A stretch of 64,000 nt of DNA from Rotaria sp. (lineage: Eukaryota), in contig CAJNOF010000042.1 of the NCBI GenBank assembly GCA_905250055.1, forward strand, positions 403,805 through 467,804. The letters are read 5' to 3'. The notes under the pieces are model-generated. The model made no database searches and had not been told where the DNA came from. It saw only the letters and a list, made by a program, of their open reading frames with translations. The translations under genes were made by a program, and so were the position numbers. Position 1 is the first letter of the stretch. The number at the start of each line of letters is the position of its first letter. Shown one piece after another: positions 37,021 through 49,368 of the stretch.

Positions 37021-37140
37021 GATATCATTGTTTGAATTACATCATGACAATAGTCTTATTTTATCTTCGTAACCTGAAATGTATGAAAACCAATAAAAGT
37101 TTACATCATACTCAAATGATCATGAATGTGGGTGTAGTGT
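37021..37140. repeat. Dispersed ~100-bp repeat, copy B (see 32630-32760)
   Basis: Shares tcttattttat...gaaatgtatgaaaa(c/t)caataaaa...catc(a/g)tactcaaa(a)tgat(c/t)atg with copy A. It is immediately followed by a GT-rich/CA-rich hairpin (37121-37195). Confidence 0.4.
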
Positions 37141-37599
37141 GTGAATAAAGAAAAGATGCAAACACCGATAATCACACTTACACTTCACCTTATTGAATGA
37201 GGAGGATCACTGAGATTATCTCATTCTGGTACAGGAACAAACACATCGTTATTAAAGTTCATATCTTTTACTAGAACACTCCAGCAGTGGACAATTGGAC
37301 CAGTCGATGAGAGAAGTTGTTCCACTTTATGGAGAAACGCTTCACCCCACATAAAGTCATACATATCAAGGAGAAATGGAAACAAAGAATAAAAAAATAT
37401 CTATATACATATAATCTATTATACGATATTGTACATATACTTGAATTTAAAACACTAGGAATCTGCACCAATCACAAATATTCAGATTCATGACGACTAA
37501 TTATATCTCTACTGTGTAAAATATATTTTCACCAGATAATCGTTAAAAAAAATCTCGTCTATATCAGTTCGAAGATCTTCTTCAGATAAAAAAAAATTA

Positions 37600-38330
37600 C
37601 TGTATTCTCTTTGAATATTTTCCATTTCTTCTTATTAGTAGAGAAATAAATGAAGCACTCCGCAGAAATAGTTTAATCATTTCTGCTACTGAAAATCGAT
37701 ATCTGCTACAAGATCTTTTTAAGATAAACTCTAAGTCTTTCAGACTTCTTGTGAATGGATACATAATCCAGCACTTCTTCTTTACATATAACCATTTCTA
37801 CTAAAAACACCCCTTAAGATGAAAAAAGTCAAATGATCCATTTGTATTCAAGTCCTTTCTACTTCTGTTTGTGACTGGAGATGTGAATGAAATATTTCTC
37901 CTGAAAAAATAACCATTTCAACTAGAAAAAATCCATTTCTACTAGAAACAGCCCTTAAGATAAAAAAATAAAAGGATCCATTTCTCTCTCACCCTCTTCG
38001 ACTTCTTCTAGTGAATGAAAATATGGATGAAGTACTTGCCTGAAAATATAATGATTTTATAATAGTAAAAATGCATTTCTACTAGAAACATCCCTTAAGA
38101 TGGAAAAAGTAAAATGATTCATTTTCCTCCAAGTCATTTAGACTTCGGCTAGTGAATGGAGATGTGGATGAAGCATTTCTCATTAAAAAATAACGATTTC
38201 TAATAGAAAAAATCCATTTCTACTAGAAACAGCGGTTAACATGAAAAAAGTCAAATGATCCATTTCTCTGTAAGTCTTTCCGACTTCTGTTTTTGTAAAT
38301 GGAGACATCGATGGAGTAGTTCTGTTTGTT
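37600..38330. repeat. Tandem repeat array, unit ~140 bp, ~5 copies (satellite-like)
   Basis: The recurrent unit ...ccatttctactagaaaca(g/t)cccttaagat(g/a)aaaaaagt(c/a)aaatgatccatttc...gacttc(t/g)...tagtgaatggagatgtg(g/a)atgaag(c/t)atttctc...aaaaaataac(c/g)atttc(a/t)a(c/t)tagaaaaaatc begins near 37790, 37935, 38075 and 38215. More diverged partial copies lie from ~37600. Confidence 0.7.
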
Positions 38331-38975
38331 ATTTTTCGTTTTCTCTTGTAGTGATGTGTTCGAATAAAGGTAGTGTGTTTGTGAAAAAGCGTTTCTTTCT
38401 GACTTTATGTGATTGAAGCATTTATGCTTGAAGTGGAACAGTTTCTCTTTGATAGGGGGATATGGTCCAGTCCTGGAATACTCGTGAGTGCGTAAGTTAT
38501 ACTTTGTGTCATACTTCAATCAAAGATTTTTAAATTCTTGGAAAACCTAAAGCATATTATTCGGCTATCAGTTGTCCATTGTACACAACAATTATGGCTT
38601 GTGTACGAGTAAATTTAATTCAATCTCATTTAAAATAAACACATCATGGTATACTATCTGGATTCATATCGGTGAGTATTGCTACATTGAATATTTGATG
38701 ACGAATATCTTCTTCCATTAATTCATTGCTTGCTGTTATACTGAGTCTGTTCCGATAGATAGATTAAAAATAGCTAATGTTCACATGAAGTTCTTTGCAT
38801 AATCACGAGAGTATCATTTTTGCATTTGCCATTAATTAAATATAATCAATGTGTCACTCACAAGTTAGTAGAATAAAAAAAAAAACAGTTTGACACATCA
38901 CGCAATTATTACTTAAACAGCGGGTGGTATTTTTTGCTTTCCATCTTCTTTTTTTTGACATCACTGTCGAATACA

Positions 38976-39938
38976 ATGTCAACCAGTATCACTTCTACAT
39001 TGGCAATATTTACATTTGAATCAAATCGCTATTTGTCCATGTTTATTCTTTTATTCGGTACTATTGGGAATGTTTTAAATTTGTTAATATTTTATCAACC
39101 TAAACATCGTACAAATCCGTGTGCTGTCTATTTTTTCTATGCATCAATTGCTGGCTTAATTGCTCTTTATTCAGGTTTACTGAGTCGATTTTTTGTCGGT
39201 TTCTCACTTGATGCATCTGCAACAAATGCTATAATATGTAAATTACGCGCATTCATTGTTTGGGTATCAACAACGGCTTCATCCTGGTTTTTGACTTATG
39301 CCACTATTGATAGGTATTTTATAAGTTGTCGTGATGTACAACGTCGGAGTCTAAGCAATCTTCGTTTTACACGGAGATTAATGATCATTACAGTTGTTGG
39401 TGGATCATTAATATTTGCCGAAACTTTCTATTGCTATATACCAAATCTTCGCAATTCTCCATTGACATGCTATGGTCAAAATATGATATGTCGTTTATAC
39501 AATGAAATTGCTTCAGCAGTAGTATTCGTTTTTATACCATCAACAATTATGTTAATATTTGGGTATGCAACTGTACAAAATGTGAGAAAATTACTTTATC
39601 CCATAGTATCGATGGTTAATTCACGTGGAATAGCAATAACAATGAAAAAAACAGATCGACAATTGATTCAAATGTTAATTGTTCAAATTATTCTATTGAC
39701 TATATTCAATATTCCATTGGCTATTCAACGTCTATATTTGACATCAACATTAAATATACAAAAAAGTTTGTTAAGATCTACAATTGAAAATCTTTGTTTT
39801 CAAGTATTTTACCTTCTAAGTTTTATGAGTTTTGGAATGCCATTCTATATTTACACATTAACCGGAACAGTATTTAGACATGACTGTATAAACTTAATTA
39901 GATCCGTTTATCGAAAAGTGAAAATAGCTGTATTTTAA
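38976..39938 (+). CDS. Class A (rhodopsin-like) G-protein-coupled receptor, intronless, ~320 aa
   Basis: ATG at 38976, in-frame within ORF 38934..39938. Seven hydrophobic segments. TM1 has GNVLNLLIF (conserved N1.50), the TM3 end has ATIDRYFIS (DRY motif), and TM7 has the NP/FY-like region (...FGMPFYIY). Short termini and no signal peptide suggest a peptide/amine-type orphan receptor. Confidence 0.8.
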   Translation: MSTSITSTLAIFTFESNRYLSMFILLFGTIGNVLNLLIFYQPKHRTNPCAVYFFYASIAGLIALYSGLLSRFFVGFSLDASATNAIICKLRAFIVWVSTTASSWFLTYATIDRYFISCRDVQRRSLSNLRFTRRLMIITVVGGSLIFAETFYCYIPNLRNSPLTCYGQNMICRLYNEIASAVVFVFIPSTIMLIFGYATVQNVRKLLYPIVSMVNSRGIAITMKKTDRQLIQMLIVQIILLTIFNIPLAIQRLYLTSTLNIQKSLLRSTIENLCFQVFYLLSFMSFGMPFYIYTLTGTVFRHDCINLIRSVYRKVKIAVF

Positions 39939-40623
39939 AAATCAACAAATAATTGTATTAATAACTCTCGTAAAAACATGCTCGATAAACAATGTTAATG
40001 TATATATTCATAGCAAGCAAAATAATCTTTTCTGTTTTTCATCTGTAATGTAACAAGAGTTTTCATGGGCGATTGAACAACTACAGTGTAATTTCACATT
40101 TTAATCTCGTATGAATTGTACTGAAAGCTTTTTCATTCTAGTCATCACTGCATACATACTGTAAATAAATATTACTATTATTGTGGTGTGAAAGTTGATC
40201 TTGTTATTATATTTTGTCAAATTTTATTGATAAAAATTCTATCAACAAAATAAATATTGATATATTTTCAGGTCAAACAATCTTATCAACATAGTTCAAT
40301 ATCTTATAAGATCTTGTAAAATTATATCTTCGATTTTTTTCTGGCTAAAATAACTTTGTATGGCCGCATTTCAATTTATGGAAAAGAAGTGTATGAGTAT
40401 ACAGTGTGGCTTTTCTCTTCTTTCATGTCCAAACCTACATCCACACCCTCGCATATTTATGTTCTATTTTCAGTAATAATTGGTAATGGCCTTAATGATT
40501 TTCGATGAAAATCTCTTTATTGCAGTCGACAAGTAAATAATGTTAGAAAACTTCACGATTAGAATAATAAAAATGAAAAGTAAAATTATCAAGAAAGAAT
40601 AAATATCACTCAACTCTTATTTC

Positions 40624-42940
40624 TTAATTATTGTCACGATCAATTCCGATAAGAATACGTTGAATAAACATATCCCACGATGAAACGTTCAATTCTAATT
40701 GTCTACAATATACATTATTACGTTGACTAGCTAGTTTATAGAATTTGATCGCTTTGTCAATTTGTTTGCTCATGTTAGCAGGTGAATAGTTGGAAAGATC
40801 AACCTTAGCAAGATATAGACATTAGGTTAGGGAAAATGAGAAGGTAGAAAAATATCAATTTACTTTGATTAGCTCACTGTTAAATAAAAAGCCAAATGTA
40901 TTTTGTTGTGAAGCTCCAGTTTGAAGAACGAGCCAAAGTAGAATAACACCCGTACCGATCAAACGAAGAATTTCATTACGTATGTTTAAAGCTAACAAAA
41001 TTGAAGTACGTGTTTCAATATGTTAATAATAAATTATTCGATCTTACCAAGAGAGTTAAAACCTTGTTCATATAAATAGCGTTCAAGATCATTGAAAGTA
41101 TCAAGATTGATGTGAAGTATGTCAGCTAAGTCTTTATTTAGCGTAAATGAACCATCCTAGATTCATAATTGAATGTCAAACAATAAATAATTAATGGAAT
41201 TTCAAATTGATTCTACCTCGAATTGAAGTTTGAGAAGTTCTTCAATCATTGTTTTTGTTGATTGAACATCTTTCAGTTTACTGAGAAGTGGAATATCAAC
41301 CTTTGCATCTGAATTCATATATAGTTATTATTGCAGTATATCTCACAAATAATAACAAAAGACAAATTACCGAATGAGGTAACGGATTCACCACAGAAGT
41401 TGTGTATTACATTTTCAGTTTGACCATCAAGCTGACAAAAAACAAAAAGTGGACAACCAAATTATGATAAAACGATATGATACATACCATGTACAATGGA
41501 TTACTAGGCTTGCGATCATAAACTACAAAATAACAACAATTAAATATCATTTACTTTTTTTAACACTGACTAGATTCCGCTGCGAAATCTGCATCACTTT
41601 GTACATATTGAATATGTCGCTTTATATCATCGCTTGTGAGTCCTAAACACATTGAAATGATATTTAATTATGATATCAAACATCAAATTAATTATCGTAC
41701 TTTTCTGACTACTGGGGTCAACAGTGAATGAAGCTTTGGCACCCGAACGTACTTCCTCAGCGTCGATACGAACTATACCATAGGCATCGACATCCATGCG
41801 AATAGCAATTTCGAGCGTTTGAGCAGCGAAATTGCTTGATAGACCAGAGAGACTAAACTCACCCAAGAATATCTACAATAGAGAATGCTAACAAATAATA
41901 TTTATATATGTAGGAAACTACATACATTGTATTTTGTAAGCGCATGTTCGCCTTCATATATGCGAATAGTAGCTGTTGTCTGATAGGCATAAGCATTTGT
42001 GAATACTGGAAAAAGTTGAGTTTTCGTTGGAATTGTTGTATTACGACGAATGAATGTGTGCATGTGACCATGAATGTCTTCAATGCCCAGACCAAGTGGA
42101 TAGACATCGAGGAGCAGTAAGTCGGAACGAGATGTATCGGACATTGACACAAAGTTCATATTTGATTTAATGCTAAATTTTTAGTTTAGTCACATTTCAA
42201 AAGTACCATCAATAAAGAATGACGATGAATAATTAATCATCGTATGCCTCTGTGGAATTTTTTATAACTTACCATTTTCTTTTTACCTTCCTTCCGCGCC
42301 GCATGGATTCTGATCTTCTACTTTCAAGTTCGTAGTCTAGCATATCGTCGTCATCGTCATAGCCTTCCTCCTACACATAAACAAAATCTCAAAAAAAAAA
42401 AGAACTTATATTTATGTACATACTATGGTCGGTCTAACCCGTTTTTCTATTGAGATATGACCTTCGTTACACATCTCAAGAATTCTTGAACCTTGATCTC
42501 TATGAAAGGACATCGAATACATTTGGGGTGTGTCATTCTGCGCTACACCACTTGAGCTGCGTGATTTACTCACAGCACCCCAAGCGCGATCATATTCATC
42601 ATCACGTGACGAGGTGCGTGGCCGTCTTTCTATGTCTATTGTTCATTCATCAAAATAATCAAGGAATCAATATAATTCTAACTTACTGATACTGATGCGT
42701 GAATTAGACTGTGATGCCTTTGAAGGATTCACACAATATGTACTTATGCTTGATGGTGATGACTTCCTCTCTCTTGACAATGATATTGTTGAGTATGATA
42801 GTGCCGGTGGCGGTGGTGGCGGTGGTGGTACCAGTGGTGGTGGTGGTAGGGGAGGAGCAGTAAAACCAAATTGTGAACTATTAGCAGTATAGGCATGCGA
42901 CTCATATAGCGATGGAATGTCGACACCTAAAACAAACATT
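40624..42940 (-). CDS. Gene encoding an Hsp70 substrate-binding-domain (SBD-beta)-like region with proline-rich/acidic upstream exons; no nucleotide-binding domain found
   Basis: Minus ORFs 41902..42159 and 41627..41866: IKSNMNFVSMSDTSRSDLLLLDVYPLGLGIEDIHGHMHTFIRRNTTIPTKTQLFPVFTNAYAYQTTATIRIYEGEHALTKYN and ...LGEFSLSGLSSNFAAQTLEIAIRMDVDAYGIVRIDAEEVRSGAKASFTVDPS. They align to the Hsp70 SBD (LLLLDVTPLSLGIET...IKRNTTIPTK...VYEGER.MTKDN.LLGKF.L.GIPPAPRG.PQIEVTFDIDANGIL.V.A). Further minus exons near 41580-41450 (LTSDDIKRHIQYVQSDADFAAES, lid-like), 41440-41380, 41330-41240, 41160-41055, 40985-40865 and a terminal exon to the stop at 40624. Upstream exons encode EEGYDDDDDMLDYELESRRSESMRRGRK (42360-42265) and PPLPPPPLVPPPPPPPP (ORF 42667..42939). 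Exon boundaries are approximate. Confidence 0.5.
42786..42860 (-). repeat. (GGT/GGC)n trinucleotide tract encoding poly-proline on the minus strand (poly-Gly on plus)
   Basis: gccggtggcggtggtggcggtggtggtaccagtggtggtggtggtaggggagg. It lies inside the proline-rich exon of the Hsp70-SBD-like gene. Confidence 0.7.
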
Positions 42941-43516
42941 TACTTAAAAGATAGCACATCTAACATGTACAACTGGCAGTAGACTATTGAGGATGCCGTA
43001 CTACAACAGACAACGTTCTTATTATTGTTCTTTCTGCTTTAAGAAAAAATTAAGAGAGAACGTAGACGATATTGATGGAAAATGACACATATAACTGCTA
43101 TAATTCTCTAGACAAGCTAAAAGATAGGCGATTACTCGACGAATGAATCTTCATTCAATATGAAAATATCATTTCCAAAAAAAATTATTGGTAATTCGAT
43201 ATCTATCATCGAATATTGGAGGTTTAATATAGTCTTTTATCAACGTATCATGATTTGTTATTGATATTGATCATATTTTATGCTGCAATGTAATATTGAA
43301 AGAAGACAAGAACTAGCTAGTTGTCGACCAACAGGAGATAATGATTCTTTAGCAAAAAATTATCCAGGTAATTAATGAATACGCTAGCACATGAAACATC
43401 TGGAAAATCATGACGGTAACTAATGTCAGTCGAGGCAAATTGCAGGCAGTACAATCCATCATTAACGGAAGATATATACCATTATGATTCTTTTGAGAAA
43501 TTTTAGAGACCGTCCG

Positions 43517-43530
43517 GATATATATATATA
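43517..43530. repeat. (AT)7 microsatellite
   Basis: ggatatatatatatatcc, read directly. Confidence 0.5.
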
Positions 43531-45119
43531 TCCTGAAATGTTTATGATGTCTTGAAAATCTTTTACATAGTTTTCCAAAGAACAAGAGTATCTATCATGA
43601 AAAATGGGGAACAAAACTTGCAATTGATACTTTCAAGCATGATGGTCAGAAGTTAAAATCCGATCGAATGTGATATTAAACTGTAAGATAAGAAATATGA
43701 AACTTTTAAATTTAAAAAAATTTATTTTCGACATTTTTCATAATTTTCTCATTTCGATTCAGTATAAAACTGCAAGTTTTCATGCTTCGAACTATCCTCT
43801 AAAACATGTTGTCCAATACATTTTTATCTGCTTAATCTTTTATTTTACACATCATAAATTATGTTTCTTACATCGATATTCTTGAATGATGTCATCTATC
43901 AAATGACTACTTTTAACGAATACACAAAAATATCTGTCATCTACTCTGTTCATCGTGAACATTATGATCAATGAACAATTCATTCACAATGTATTTGCGT
44001 TGTGGTTAAATAAAATGAACCCTTTATTGAGCAAGTTGTGCATATTTGGAGACAACTACTTATTTCACACAATCGTGAATAGAGCATAGAAATACACTAA
44101 AGGCTTTTAATTGATAGTTAACTCATGATGTATCTATCTTTGATGATAAATGTATACTTGCTGACTTTCTTAATCACTATGAAGAAATCGAAAGATTGTT
44201 GGTGTAGATGTGCTGATGTGGATGTCAGTAAGAGCGATTGAACAGACTCACACCTACACATTCACATCATCGAAATGTACATAGTGATACTATTTAACTG
44301 GTTAGCGTTTTCAGTATCAAAACTCTAACTAGTGATTCATTTTGCGCGTAGATTGGAAAAACCTTCCCGAGATTGTATATTTATTGATATATGAGTTGAC
44401 TGATTTCTTCCGTAATACTATTTATGTCTGTCAGAAAAAATTTGTTCTCGAAATAATTTGAATTTTACTGTTTATCATGTTTCTCCTTGTGTAGTTACTA
44501 CTCAATTATGTGACTAAATAAGCATATTTTTACTGAGCATGTGTGATGTACTCAGTTTGAATTTTCGAATGAAACATTCTACTGCGAACTTCGACTAACA
44601 ACAGAACTTACCAATAAATTAACCTATATGATACTGAACATGTACACATACGGATTTATTCACTGACACTTAAAGTGATCTCAAGATCTCAGAGGTAAGC
44701 AAACATGTTTCACGAAAAATATATGTGCTTATAATTCTATTTTCGTTTGTTGCTTATTTCTATGTTTCATTTTTCATCAAGACTACAAAAAAAAGAGCGA
44801 AACTACGAGAAAAGAACTGGCAACATCTGATTGTGCTATAAATTCCTATTGTACTAAATAGATTTTAATGTAGCTCGACTTTAATACAAATGAAGGAGCA
44901 GTATAAATACATAGAGACAAAAATTCAAATCTTACCTCCACCTAGAGTATCACTAGTAGTGGGAACTCGGTTAAGATAGCTAATTGATGATGATGATGAC
45001 GTTGTTGTTGGAAGAGGAAGCGGAGGAACACGAGCAAATTGAAATCCTAAGAAACTCGATTGTATTAATTCAAAAAGCGGCGGTATCGAGTGCAAAAATG
45101 AATATGATTCTTTTCATGA

Positions 45120-45750
45120 CTAACCAGGAACAAATGATTGTGCAGCATCAAAAACGCCACCTACACTTCTGCTTTTGCTACGGGAATCAAAATCTAAAAG
45201 AGAACGAAAGTGATATTTCTTGGGTAGCATTGACTGACCAGATGAGAAGCTTTGTGAATGGCTCTGCGGAATCATCATTGGCATATAAACGGCATTATTC
45301 TGAAATCCACAGGGAGATGAAGGTGAAAATGTGGCTTGCATCTGGGATCCCATAAACGGCAATGATAGGTTATTATTGTTGGTGTTGTTTGTTGTCGAGT
45401 AATCTGCAACAAAAAGTAATTCACTACTCGATGAATGCAACAATATTCCATGTGGCAACGTCTTACCAGGAAAAGGTTGTGGTGTTTTAAAAGCACTTTG
45501 AGATTGTGACTGTAGACTAGCACGAGGAGATTGTATCTCAGAAAACACCGTCGATGTGTTTCCTGTTAATGTCAGATCAGAAAAAAGCCCTGGCATCCCA
45601 TCTCTACTTCTAGCTACCGCTTTTTGTTGCATAAATTGTTGTGGTGGTTCTTGTGGTGGAGACGGTCGAGTAGATGGTTGCCAAGATACAGGTGGCGGCG
45701 GAGGTGGATGCGATGAAACTAACGATAAGAAGAAGATAAAATTTGATTGA
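45120..45750 (-). other. Low-complexity Ser/Gln/Pro-rich ORF (possible upstream exon(s) of the 40.6-42.9 kb gene, or an independent disordered protein)
   Basis: Minus ORF 45120..45632 extends upstream in frame to about 45720: ...SSHPPPPPPVSWQPSTRPSPPQEPPQQFMQQKAVARSRDGMPGLFSDLTLTGNTSTVFSEIQSPRASLQSQSQSAF... There is no recognisable domain. It persists as an open frame over 600 nt in a ~32% GC genome, which argues weakly for coding. Confidence 0.25.
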
Positions 45751-48700
45751 ACTTCGTATCAGTTAGATATTACTAGCTTATAAAGTAAAACCAATGGTTT
45801 CTTTTTGTAGTCAAATCGGACCTTTCTAGTTTCCGAAAGGAACTAATGAATCATAACAAGACTTATTCGGATACATTAAGAAAAAAAGTTTCCACTTGAA
45901 TTCTATCGGTACATGATAACGTCAAATTGTCAAGATTTAAAATATATTGAAGTCTGTGCATACACGTATCAACACATTTATAAATCGCATAGGACCTACA
46001 TTGAATAATTAGTGTAAGCAATCATTTAATCGAGGCAGATGTTCACTTAATATTGGGTTTATTGATGTAATAGAGTCATTTCAAATTAGAATATTAGTGT
46101 TTTAGTCTTCGAATACACAAACAGTTACACAACTATAGAGTTAGCATTTTTTACTATATTAGAAAGAGAAAAACTGGAACATATTTTAATGAGGTATATT
46201 CATATTTTCGAAGTTTTCAGAAGCTCAATAATCACATAGCAGTGTAAATCAAAGTTTTTGAGAAATATTGGAAATTAATTATAAGTGCGTTGGTATAACT
46301 TATTCTTGAATTCAAATAATCTTCAAAGACATTGAAATATGTTGCCTTAGTTTTTTGGCATGCTAACTTGTAATTGAGGATAGAAAGTCATAACCTAGTA
46401 AATCAACTTTAGGATCAGACTACGTTCAGTCGATGGATTATCAAGAAAGAGGTATTATTGATCACTATGAAATTCAAAATTTTGATCATTTTGTAACCTT
46501 CTGTTTTTAATTATGTTTGATATGGATTTTATCACGATACAAAAACTATGTGATATGTTTTCCTTCACTTTTCAACAGAATTACAGGTCGTTGATATTTA
46601 CTCTTATTTCCTTCAAAACAATGGCAAATGTATTAGACCCACGATCATATTGTAAAATAGTTCTGTTTTTATCTTTTGCACTAGTTGAACAATACTAGGA
46701 ATTAGAATAAGAAAATATAGTTTTGAAAGCAATTTAAACAACTTTGATTTTATTGAACTTTGCTCTCAATGCTCACTCTTGATAATAAAAGTTGCATAAC
46801 TCACGTGATGGCAAATTGTAGTACATGTCCATGTTTTCATTGAACAAAACGACATTCATATCAGCATGTTCGTTGCCTTTATCATCATCTGCTGATGCTT
46901 GCCATCTTGACCGTCGGCGTGATGAACGCTTTCCAGATGTACTTTTCGCTGCTAAAAATCAACACACACTTAAAGTAAAGAACGTTTCGATCAGACACAG
47001 AAACAAATCATCTATTCAGCTTTCGAAAAATAAATATTGTCAAAATATTGAAGTGCTAATTTTCCTTGTTCTTCTTATAATCATCGAAGAGAAATTGATG
47101 TTTTTTTCAATACCATCAACAAAATTTTTCAAGAATGATCTTCGCTTTGTCGATTTTTCACATCAAGAATTTGTTTTGAAATAAAATGAATAAGATATTC
47201 AGAATTGATGTAAAAAACTGCATGGAACAACATGTGTTTTTTTTTGCAAGCATATTTTTTGTGGCGTACCAAGTGTTGAATTTCAATTAAAACTAATTTC
47301 CTATGAAAAATATGTAGCACACTATGTTTTCTTTTTGTAAATTTATTTCGAATACTGTATTCATTTTATTTGAGCGCAAACTCTTGATGGTAAAAGTCTC
47401 AATATTAGGAGGATACTTATTTTTAAAGAGTATTATTACTAATGTTGAGAAATTGTAGATTTCTTAATGAAAGAATAAAAGAAACTTCATACTTTAATTC
47501 ATTACTAATCGATCGATGGTTACAATAAAGTATAACTAAAGATCATATTTCATAGAATATTAAATATCATTTTCAGTTGAACCCGTATGAATATAATTTG
47601 CTTATTATGATGTAAATACTTTTTCGACTAAGTTAAATATGAACAATATCAAGATGAAGTCTTCTCATTCGATTGAAAATCTTTCTCATTTTATAATTAG
47701 TAAATAATTTATAAGGACTTAATTCAAGAAAATTACATATTAGAGTAGTTGAGCAATAATGAAATGGTTAATATTCTGCAATTTTTTGATAACGTATCGT
47801 ACTCTTTCTGTATAAAGATTTGATGTGTATAGTATTAGAAATGTTAGCTGTATTTAGGAGCGATTTTTCATTTATTGATAATGATGACATAGAGAGTCCA
47901 TTAGTAGAGTCTGGTGTTTCACCTCACTGAAAAGAATATATCAATTTCGTTGTCATTCTCATATATTGTTTCATTTTGTGTTAATTCCTTCAGAACGGCT
48001 TCGAACATCTCGAAGTTAATTAAAACGAATAATACAGACTTCTTTGAAAAAGACTTCTGTTTGTTTTTTTTTCGTGCAAGTCATTGCGATGCTCTTAAAT
48101 GCTTTACTATACGTTAACAGTCATATATCGTATTTTTTTTTGAATGTATATCTTTTCGATGTCAAATATTTTAACTTTAAAACTAGACTATGAAGTTCTT
48201 TTACAGTATTCAAGCAAATCTGTTTTATTTCACTTTATTGAAATTCTCTAAAATGATTTTCTAGTTTTGTTGAAGTTTTGAAAATACAATATAATAGTTG
48301 TTCAATTTTGCTTTAGATCATTCATGCTATCAAATTTTCCTAGTCTAGACTCTAAAAATCCTACTTAGTACAATGTTCAACATATTTTAGATCAATAGCA
48401 ATAATATAGCTTTTAAAAAACGCATTGATAGAAAGATTATAATAAAATATGCTCCTCGTATATTGTGCTGAATTTGCATTTCAGATATGGATGCATACAA
48501 ACATAAACCCTATCCATTTCTATTGTTCATTGAGAGTTCATACGCTTCATATAGAAAATCACTTAGTATTCATCCAATTTTTTTTTGCTTTGGTTTTTTA
48601 GGTTATACTTCAATAACTACTATAAACTCTATCTCTAGCAGAATTGAGAAAAGAATACTTGTGTGTATGTTACTCCATAGTCAATTGACTTAGTCTGACA

Positions 48701-49368
48701 AAAATAAATATATATGTGTTACATATATGTTATCAATTATTAAGATTTTTTTGAGATTTATCAAGATTCACATGATACTAACAATTTTTGTTTCATTATT
48801 GTATGTGGAATTTAAAGATTAAAAATTCATGATAAAAATCGGACTCACCCTCTCTCAGTCTAACTCAAATGTATCGATAATTATTTGATTGTCGTATGTG
48901 TTTGAATCTCTTGAAATTTTGTGAATTCAATAGGAAAATGAATCTCTATTTATTCTCGAATTCGAAATAAAAGATATATCACTCCAGAAACCTACGATCG
49001 AAAGATAAAGACGACAACTTATTCTTGCTCTAGGTTGCTTCACACTCTGCAACTAAGTTTTTATCGTTTTCTGCCCATTGTTCGACTGTAATGAAACTAC
49101 TCAAATACTATAATATATACAAACTAAAAGAATCCAATGGTTTGTTTTTGCTCATCACTTTAATGATGAACAGCGTGTCTAAAAATTTAATTTTGTTCTA
49201 AATCATATGATCGCTCTCTTTCTCTCTCCCGCTCATTTGAGGTTTCTGAAGTTGAAATTCATGAGTTCTAATTATGATTCTTCTTACCGTCATGGTCGAA
49301 TAATAATTCACTAAAAGATAATGAACACGAAATTTTATTTTGAATATTTCCTTTCTTTCTTTTACGTA

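Noticed and set aside
42695-42892. Plus ORF encoding poly-Gly (GGGGGGGTSGGGGRGG)
   Set aside because: The same GGT repeat read on the minus strand gives poly-Pro in an ORF that is co-oriented and phase-compatible with the downstream Hsp70-SBD-like exons; the plus reading has no continuation.
46825-47184. Plus ORF 46825..47184 and a minus-strand basic/acidic stretch at ~46800-46960 (RRRSRWQASADDDKGNEHADMNVVLF)
   Set aside because: No domain, no convincing splice context. The minus stretch might be a 5' exon of the 40.6-45.7 kb minus-strand gene, but that is unsupported.
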